DNA of 64,000 bases from Candidatus Bathyarchaeia archaeon (GTDB taxonomy: Archaea; Thermoproteota; Bathyarchaeia; Bathyarchaeales; Bathycorpusculaceae): the NCBI GenBank assembly GCA_038727135.1, contig JAVYWL010000002.1, forward strand, positions 128,001 through 192,000, given 5' to 3'. The translations under genes were made by a program, and so were the position numbers. How positions within the stretch are numbered: the stretch's first letter is position 1; every line of letters begins with the position of its first letter. Under the pieces are notes generated by a model that saw only the letters and a list, made by a program, of their open reading frames with translations, had not been told where the DNA came from and made no database searches. Below are positions 58,218-64,000 of the stretch, one piece after another.

Positions 58218-59276
58218 TTATAGCGACCCGCTTAAAAAGCCGTATAATAGTCCGAAGGTTACGCTTCCAGCCCAAGCAACTATCACATACGTGACTACAA
58301 CCTTCCATTTGGCTATTCTTGAAACAGCCATGGCGTTGGCAAAGTCATAGGGTTGACCCATAAGCCAGCTCAACAAAGCGCCCTTCGACATGCCCTTGCT
58401 CCATAACTCTTGTCCCAGTGCAATTTCAACAAGGGTTGGCGTATAAAGTGGACCGCCGAGGACTGACGCTATCAAAACGCCGGTAACACCTGTTAAGTAT
58501 GCTTCAACAATTTCTTCGGGGATGAACGCTGAAAGGTAGCCCACCACTATAAGCCCTATAATGAAGAATGGGAGAATTTGTTTTGCCAAGTATCCGGCGA
58601 ACTTGAGCGCTGCCCAAAGCCTTTCGTCTAGAGGCGGCTTGACAATTTCCACTTTCGCCGAAGCTGCGGCGGAATTGGCCATTTGGAAATCTTTTTCGAT
58701 GGCTTTGCCCCAAGGCGTTTTGGAAACAATTAAGCCTGCAATTAAGGCCACAGCTGCAGACACTATAATGCGTACTCCGGCTATTTCCCATGAAATCATT
58801 TCGCCAGTCATTAGAATTGTTAAGATGTTTGCCGCTGGCGCCATTAAAAGAAACGTGATTGCAGGTCCTATGCCAGCCCCAGCGTACAGGACTCCGCCGA
58901 AAAGCGGAACCATTGTGCATGAACAAACGGTCAAAAATGGCGCCATTCCAAGAGCCAAAACGTATCCAAAAACTTTTCCCCTTCCCATATATTTTGTTAT
59001 GGTCTCTTTTGGCACAAACTCGTAGATTAGTCCGGCGACACCAAACGCGAAGAGGAGGCATATCCAAGCGTGGCTGAAGTAGTCAGCAATATATAATGCT
59101 GGAATTGCCAAATATACAAGCGGAGTTTCCCATAAGCCGAGCGCGTCCAGTTTATCCTTGAACGTTTCCCTTGTAGGCTTGGCTGTGACTCGGCTATAGA
59201 TTAGGAGGCATATCACTACTATAAAGAAGGCCAATAGAATGCCCGTTCGAATAGCCCTTTTCGTCTTTTCCTCCAT
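58218..59276 (-). CDS. ArsP/DUF318-family permease
   Basis: PFLTVCSCTMVP, FLLMAP and GGPLY motifs. Confidence 0.85.
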   Translation of the reverse strand: MEEKTKRAIRTGILLAFFIVVICLLIYSRVTAKPTRETFKDKLDALGLWETPLVYLAIPALYIADYFSHAWICLLFAFGVAGLIYEFVPKETITKYMGRGKVFGYVLALGMAPFLTVCSCTMVPLFGGVLYAGAGIGPAITFLLMAPAANILTILMTGEMISWEIAGVRIIVSAAVALIAGLIVSKTPWGKAIEKDFQMANSAAASAKVEIVKPPLDERLWAALKFAGYLAKQILPFFIIGLIVVGYLSAFIPEEIVEAYLTGVTGVLIASVLGGPLYTPTLVEIALGQELWSKGMSKGALLSWLMGQPYDFANAMAVSRIAKWKVVVTYVIVAWAGSVTFGLLYGFLSGSL

Positions 59277-59291
59277 ATGCTTTTTCGCCTT

Positions 59292-59564
59292 CTACTTGGC
59301 TGCTTCCATTATCAGTTTTTCAACTTCTTCTGGGCTTGGAACTCGTCCCATGGTTTTTACTGTGTTGTTTATGGCTATGGCCGGTGAGATCAGTACACCG
59401 TATTTCTGAACAGTTTCCTTTGACATTATGTTAACTTTTTCAATGTTCACCATAACGCCAGCTTGCTTGAGCTTCTCAGCTGCTTTTTCCACAGCTTTTT
59501 TTGCTGCTTGGCATCGCATGCAAGGCGGCTCGGTTCCAATAACTTCCACTTTGACTTCTTTCAT
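59292..59564 (-). CDS. Thioredoxin-like protein (MTH895 family)
   Basis: CMRC, YGVLISPAIAIN and GRVP motifs. Confidence 0.88.
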   Translation of the reverse strand: MKEVKVEVIGTEPPCMRCQAAKKAVEKAAEKLKQAGVMVNIEKVNIMSKETVQKYGVLISPAIAINNTVKTMGRVPSPEEVEKLIMEAAK

Positions 59565-59594
59565 GCTTTTTCACCTTGTAGAGTGAGGTGAGAA

Positions 59595-59620
59595 TATAGC
59601 AATATTTAAATATTGTTATA
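59595..59620. promoter_or_regulatory. Putative ArsR operator palindrome
   Basis: TATAGCAATATTT-AAATATTGTTATA (one mismatch) in the divergent promoter region. Confidence 0.7.
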
Positions 59621-59635
59621 GACTTTGCTTTAAAC

Positions 59636-59959
59636 GTGCATCCAACAATGAAAAACCTCGACAAGTTTAGGGCTAAAGTCTTCAATGCGCTTGCCGACCC
59701 TGTTAGGCTTAAAATTCTTGAGTTCTTGCGTGATGGCGAGCGATGTGTCTGTGAAATCGTTCCCTATGTGGGAATAGCCCAGCCGCTGGTTTCTAGGCAC
59801 TTGGCAATCTTAAAGCGATGCGGACTGGTAAAGGATAGAAAAGAGGGAAACAAGCGGTTCTACTCGGTGACTAGTTCGGCTGTTTTCAGAGTGATTGATG
59901 CTGTTGACGCAGGTTTTGTGGATGCACTTGTGAGGCATGTTGTTGAGCAAATAGTTTAG
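59636..59959 (+). CDS. arsR: ArsR/SmtB family regulator
   Basis: ALADPVRL, CVCEI and VSRHL motifs. Confidence 0.9.
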   Translation: MHPTMKNLDKFRAKVFNALADPVRLKILEFLRDGERCVCEIVPYVGIAQPLVSRHLAILKRCGLVKDRKEGNKRFYSVTSSAVFRVIDAVDAGFVDALVRHVVEQIV

Positions 59960-59965
59960 GGAAAG

Positions 59966-60238
59966 GTGAAACGCGAAATGGTTGTGAAGGTTGAAACTTT
60001 CACGGCTGAACCGCCGTGTGCGGGCTGCCTAAAACTGCTGGAGTATGCGGATTTGATTAAGGCGAAGTATGGCGACAGAGTAGAAGTTATAAAGCATATC
60101 GGACCATGCGAGGAGTTCGGCAAATACGGCTTAACAGTGGTGCCAGCCATAGTTTTCAATGAAGGCAAAATTAAGATTATGGGAGTTTGTCCAAGCATGC
60201 AAACTATTGAAGCAGCGCTTAAAGAAATGGGGGTATAG
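59966..60238 (+). CDS. Thioredoxin-like protein
   Basis: PPCAGC, YGLTVVPAIV and GVCPS motifs. Confidence 0.85.
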   Translation: MKREMVVKVETFTAEPPCAGCLKLLEYADLIKAKYGDRVEVIKHIGPCEEFGKYGLTVVPAIVFNEGKIKIMGVCPSMQTIEAALKEMGV

Positions 60239-60241
60239 AAC

Positions 60242-60502
60242 ATGCCGGTAAAAGTTGAAGTTTTCACTTCTGAACCACCATGCTCCGGCGGAAGACTGCT
60301 CCTCAAACTTGTAGAGAAAATCAAAGAGGAGTACAAGGACAAAATTGAAATTGAAATCTACCGCGGAATGAATCCAAAACTGGGTGAGTATGGCATAAAC
60401 GCGAGTCCGGCCGTAGTCATCGACAGGGACATACGCATAATAGGAGTTTGCCCAAGCGAAGAAACCTTCAAAGAAGCATTAAGAGAGGCAGGTGTTCAAT
60501 AG
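60242..60502 (+). CDS. Thioredoxin-like protein with a monothiol CSGG site
   Basis: Paralog of the upstream gene; PPCSGG and GVCPS. Confidence 0.82.
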   Translation: MPVKVEVFTSEPPCSGGRLLLKLVEKIKEEYKDKIEIEIYRGMNPKLGEYGINASPAVVIDRDIRIIGVCPSEETFKEALREAGVQ

Positions 60503-60843
60503 TGTCAGAGGGTGCTGTCAAACAGACTTGGCGTAGCATACCACGCGAGGAGATAAACTGGCACCCCACCGTGGATCCTGAACTTTGCATAGGATGCGGT
60601 ATATGCGTCTTAAACTGCGGGAAAAACGTTTACCAGTTCGACTACGAGAAAAATGTGGCTGTTGTTGCAAATCCAATGAACTGCATGGTGGGCTGCACAA
60701 CATGCCAAAACACCTGCCCACAACATGCGATAAGTTTTCCATCATTGTCCTACCTGCACAAATTGATAAAGAAGAACAAGGTGGTGCAACGTAGCAGAGA
60801 AGAGCTAATGGCAAACAGAGCAAAGTACGAAGCTAAAAAATAG
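60502..60843 (+). CDS. 2x[4Fe-4S] ferredoxin (start likely GTG 60502)
   Basis: CIGCGICVLNC and CMVGCTTCQNTCP. Confidence 0.88.
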   Translation: MSEGAVKQTWRSIPREEINWHPTVDPELCIGCGICVLNCGKNVYQFDYEKNVAVVANPMNCMVGCTTCQNTCPQHAISFPSLSYLHKLIKKNKVVQRSREELMANRAKYEAKK

Positions 60844-60857
60844 TTTGGAGATGCATT

Positions 60858-61448
60858 TTGGAGAAAAATGCTGAGGATTTAGCCGAACTCTTCTTTGCAG
60901 ATGTCATTGTCAAGAAAATTGAGATTAAGGAGATTTCGCCTTGTACCGCGGACCCTGAACGGATTAAGTTTTTGGCGCAAGCTGACAAGCCATTGGAGGA
61001 TGTTTTGCCAATCCTTTATTTGGCTATTCCAAACGCCAAATACTCCGAAAAGCTCGGCGCATTGAGCTACATGTACCAACAACACTTGATAACAATTTTC
61101 GCTAACGGCAGGATTGGCATGACCTATGTCAAAGATAGAAACGAAGCAGACCAGCTTGTCGAAGAGGCTAGGCGACTGATAAACCGCGCCTTTATATACC
61201 TAAAAACCCATGGAAAGCCGAGCCCCGAAATAATTCAAGCCAAAAAGGAGCTAACGCCAGCAAAGATTTACGATTTGTTGCCGAAGACAAACTGCAAAAT
61301 GTGCGGAGAGCAAAGCTGCTTCGCCTTTGCGGCTAAACTTTTAAATGGAGAAAAAATTTTGCAGAATTGCTCACCACTAAACTCTAGGGAATATAGCACC
61401 CTCAAGTTTCAGATAGAGAAGCTGATAAGCCCAATTAGGCTGAAGTAG
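60858..61448 (+). CDS. (Fe-S)-binding protein with a C-terminal FeS domain
   Basis: LPKTNCKMCGEQSCFAFA...CSPL; N-terminal PCTAD. Confidence 0.8.
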   Translation: MEKNAEDLAELFFADVIVKKIEIKEISPCTADPERIKFLAQADKPLEDVLPILYLAIPNAKYSEKLGALSYMYQQHLITIFANGRIGMTYVKDRNEADQLVEEARRLINRAFIYLKTHGKPSPEIIQAKKELTPAKIYDLLPKTNCKMCGEQSCFAFAAKLLNGEKILQNCSPLNSREYSTLKFQIEKLISPIRLK

Positions 61449-61473
61449 TCTTAGCCCTTAACGTTTTCAAAAC

Positions 61474-61485
61474 ATATTTAAATAT
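61474..61485. promoter_or_regulatory. Second copy of the operator core ATATTTAAATAT
   Basis: Same 12-bp palindrome as 59602-59613, upstream of the second arsR. Confidence 0.6.
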
Positions 61486-61517
61486 TTTGTTACGTAGTCA
61501 ACACAGGATTCAGAATA

Positions 61518-61904
61518 ATGTCCAAACAAAAAATTAATGAAAGGCTCATGCGGCTAGTCGTTTCTGGACTTTGTCCCCGCGAGGACCCATCAAAATATGA
61601 GAAAGAATTAAAGAAGCTTGCTGATACTGTCGCAAGCATAGACGAAGCCGAAAGGCAATGCAAGGTTTTTAAGGCTTTGGCGGACGTGCATAGGCTAAGA
61701 ATTCTAAAACTTTTAGAAGTGAGGGAAATGTGTGTCTGCGAAATTATGATTGCCCTTGGATTGACACAGCCAACGGCTTCGCATCACCTTGGAATATTGG
61801 AAAATGCTGGGCTTGTAAAGGGGAGAAAAGAGGGCAAATGGGTCTTCTACAAGACTACAAAACCAGAATTAACGCGAATTCTACAAGAATTAGATAAGGG
61901 GTAA
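61518..61904 (+). CDS. ArsR/SmtB family regulator
   Basis: FKALAD, CVCEI and SHHL motifs. Confidence 0.9.
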   Translation: MSKQKINERLMRLVVSGLCPREDPSKYEKELKKLADTVASIDEAERQCKVFKALADVHRLRILKLLEVREMCVCEIMIALGLTQPTASHHLGILENAGLVKGRKEGKWVFYKTTKPELTRILQELDKG

Positions 61905-61909
61905 AGCAC

Positions 61910-62272
61910 CTAAATGGTCCAGTATGAGCATATAATTAGGTCTTCGCGTTTAAACTGCTCCTTTAAGAACTTTATTACGTCTTCCTCCTCTAAGTAGCGG
62001 TTTCCTTTGGCGTCCTTCCTTAGTGGGATACCTGTCTCCTTAAGCCTTTCCTCGCCTCTTGGAGAGTCTATCAAAATGTAGTAGGCTGGTCCAGATGGCA
62101 ATATAAGCCTTAAATTGGTTAGTTCTCTTTTTGGCGATAAGCCGTTCTGTTCTATGTTGTAAACTATGGCTTTCGTGTTTAGGCTTTCGGCTAAACGCCT
62201 AAACTCAGCCCAACTCCTAATTTTGACCACGCCCTCGCCAGAGCCCTCTTTTGACTGCATAACCATCTTCAC
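61910..62272 (-). CDS. Hypothetical protein
   Basis: Clean ORF; no family recognised. Confidence 0.65.
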   Translation of the reverse strand: MKMVMQSKEGSGEGVVKIRSWAEFRRLAESLNTKAIVYNIEQNGLSPKRELTNLRLILPSGPAYYILIDSPRGEERLKETGIPLRKDAKGNRYLEEEDVIKFLKEQFKREDLIICSYWTI

Positions 62273-62315
62273 TCAATAGTTATGCATTCATATTTATATC
62301 GCGTTGCCAGCCTTT

Positions 62316-62450
62316 TTATGGGAAGAGTTCAATCTCTTTCCTAGCGCCACATTTAACACAGACAAGCTTAACATGAGACTTGCTCTCTGTTAAGCCTTCA
62401 GCCTTCCATTCGTGGTCGCATTCAGTCCTATTCTCTTTTTCTTCGTTCAT
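62316..62450 (-). CDS. 44-aa CxH...CxxC zinc-finger micro-protein (not in the ORF track)
   Basis: MNEEKENRTECDHEWKAEGLTESKSHVKLVCVKCGARKEIELFP. Confidence 0.6.
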   Translation of the reverse strand: MNEEKENRTECDHEWKAEGLTESKSHVKLVCVKCGARKEIELFP

Positions 62451-62655
62451 GTGCGTTTCCCAATTTTAACTTCATATTCAAGAATTTAAATTTATTGTTT
62501 CAAAACTAGACCCACAAATGTAAGAGATAACCCAACATCACCATTACCAGACGAAACAACAGTGATTTTAATTCCAGAGGATGGCTTGTCAAACAGACTG
62601 GGAGGAACCAGTCTAAAAATAATAAGACGTGCAAATATGGAAATAATGGGCTGTG

Positions 62656-62916
62656 CTAAAGCTTCTTGTAGACTATGTCTTTTTCCCTCACACGTTGCAC
62701 AACTTTTAGCCCTATGCTTTGTCCAGCTTCAGCCCTCTGCACGTTTTTATGCTCGATTTGCATGGACTCCACAACCTGTTCAAAGTCTGTTGTCGGCCCC
62801 TTGATGGCTATGCGGTCTCCAACAGCTAATGGAGCCTTAAGCTCAACAACAGCCACACTAATCTTTGTGAAATAGTGGGTTACGCGTCCAACCTCAACAA
62901 GGTTTTCCTCAACCAA
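62656..62916 (-). CDS. Small EF-Tu domain II-like beta-barrel protein (U32 C-terminal-like)
   Basis: VGRVTHYF, SMQIEH and AGQSIGLKV motifs. Confidence 0.85.
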   Translation of the reverse strand: MVEENLVEVGRVTHYFTKISVAVVELKAPLAVGDRIAIKGPTTDFEQVVESMQIEHKNVQRAEAGQSIGLKVVQRVREKDIVYKKL

Positions 62917-62992
62917 ACACTTTCATCTCCAAGGAATATACCGTTTGATGGCAGATAAATAATTTATCAATTTGCCGTTCAGCCCTAAAGGC

Positions 62993-64000
62993 TTATTCCT
63001 CGTCGAAGCATTCTGGCGGAATATAATCCATTCCAAAATTTTCTCTTGCTTTTAGGAGGCGTTCCCGCTGCTCATTCAGTATTATGAATAGTTCTTTTGG
63101 CGTGTCTGCAACCTTCTCCCTGTAAAACTTTTCAACCCGCTCAATTTTTGCGAGGTTTTCTGGCACACGGATGGTGAACTGCCTCACATAGTCTTCCTTG
63201 CTATATTCCTTGTTCAAAACCTGTTTGAAGAGCAAACGTAAATCCTCATATTTCGGGATTAGCCCTGTCGGGGCGACTCTCGCGCCAACATCATTGTGCA
63301 CGCGTAGCTCCATCCACTTAACCCACACATGCTTGTCCCTCGGAGAATTCAGATACTCGCCTGTTTTTAGGTCTCTTAGGAAGTAGTTTACCCCGAAGAT
63401 TACAGGTGGCTTTTTAAGTCTTCTACCAAAGTTTAGGTTGTTCCTTATGTTTTGACCCATGGGTATGGAAATAAAGTCCTGTATGCTCATCATGTTTATC
63501 TCTGGTATGCCCTCTTTACCAACTATAGCGAAGGTTGTTTCTGTTTCTAGGGCTGCCCCATAACAGATGATTCCGTGCTCCCAGTTGAAACTCTGCTGAA
63601 CGGGCACGTATGCTTTGGAGTCGCGTCCCCCATACATTATACCGCCAAGCTCAACCCCAATGGGATTGTCCAACTCTGGGTCACAGTTCTCCAACGCCTT
63701 CAGAGAAACCGTGTAGCGGGCGTTCTTATGGGCGGGCGGTATAAGCTCGCCATTCTCGTCTGTTTTGCCTTCCCACCAATACCCCGTATAATTCACTCCG
63801 TCCTTCGGTAGTTCGCAGCCCATTCCAAGCCAGTAGGGTTTTCCATCTTTCACTAGAACATTTGAGAAAATGACTTCGCCGGGGGTTGTGAGCACTTTGT
63901 AGAGTACTGGGTCATCTTTGGGGTTTATGCCTTGAAGGATTCCGAAAATGCCGCACTCGGCATTTGCAGCCCTAGCCACAGAGTTAATGTTGCGGATGTA
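62993..64000 (-). CDS. pckG: GTP-dependent PEP carboxykinase, 3' part (5' end outside the window)
   Basis: NAECGIFGI, HKNARY, YGGRD and FGVNYF motifs. Confidence 0.9.
   Translation of the reverse strand, partial: YIRNINSVARAANAECGIFGILQGINPKDDPVLYKVLTTPGEVIFSNVLVKDGKPYWLGMGCELPKDGVNYTGYWWEGKTDENGELIPPAHKNARYTVSLKALENCDPELDNPIGVELGGIMYGGRDSKAYVPVQQSFNWEHGIICYGAALETETTFAIVGKEGIPEINMMSIQDFISIPMGQNIRNNLNFGRRLKKPPVIFGVNYFLRDLKTGEYLNSPRDKHVWVKWMELRVHNDVGARVAPTGLIPKYEDLRLLFKQVLNKEYSKEDYVRQFTIRVPENLAKIERVEKFYREKVADTPKELFIILNEQRERLLKARENFGMDYIPPECFDEE

Noticed and set aside
60275-60295. GGA in the CSGG motif as a relic selenocysteine (TGA) codon
   Set aside because: No in-frame TGA and no SECIS-like element is visible; purely speculative
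62321-62349. tRNA 3'-end-like fragment GGAAGAGTTCAATCTCTTTCCTAGCGCCA, a possible degenerate att site
   Set aside because: The loop is only 6 nt, no matching tRNA or integrase is nearby, and the opposite strand encodes the end of the 44-aa Zn-finger ORF
62595-62614. Hairpin AGACTGG-GAGGAA-CCAGTCT
   Set aside because: An isolated 7-bp stem without a clear U-tract; not enough to call a terminator or ncRNA
1-64000. CRISPR array, rRNA, IS transposase or ORB-type replication origin
   Set aside because: No regularly spaced repeats, rRNA-like sequence, transposase motifs, convincing ORB boxes or cdc6 gene were seen by eye

Overview
Archaeal chromosomal segment. The gene content and protein families suggest Bathyarchaeia (TACK), and an intact reverse gyrase suggests a thermophile; both are inferences. 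It holds about 65 protein genes, 5 tRNAs (one with an intron) and a cbf5 gene split by a 21-nt bulge-helix-bulge intron. An 11.1-kb element is integrated at tRNA-Leu(TAG) between exact 24-bp att repeats. It carries an integrase, an SF3 helicase, divergent wHTH regulators, a type IIG restriction-modification enzyme and a PIN module, but no virion genes, so it resembles a viral satellite. Other notable items are a DapA-family aldolase fused to formaldehyde-activating enzyme, a candidate peptide-modification or signalling locus (two PadRs, a ComQ-like prenyltransferase, an unannotated 19-aa peptide with a mirror-image promoter, an MFS protein and a radical SAM/SPASM enzyme), an unannotated box C/D sRNA predicted to target 23S helix 69, an ArsR/ArsP/thioredoxin cluster with a shared palindromic operator, and several micro-proteins missed by the ORF track. 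All calls come from reading the sequence and recognising motifs; no database searches were run.
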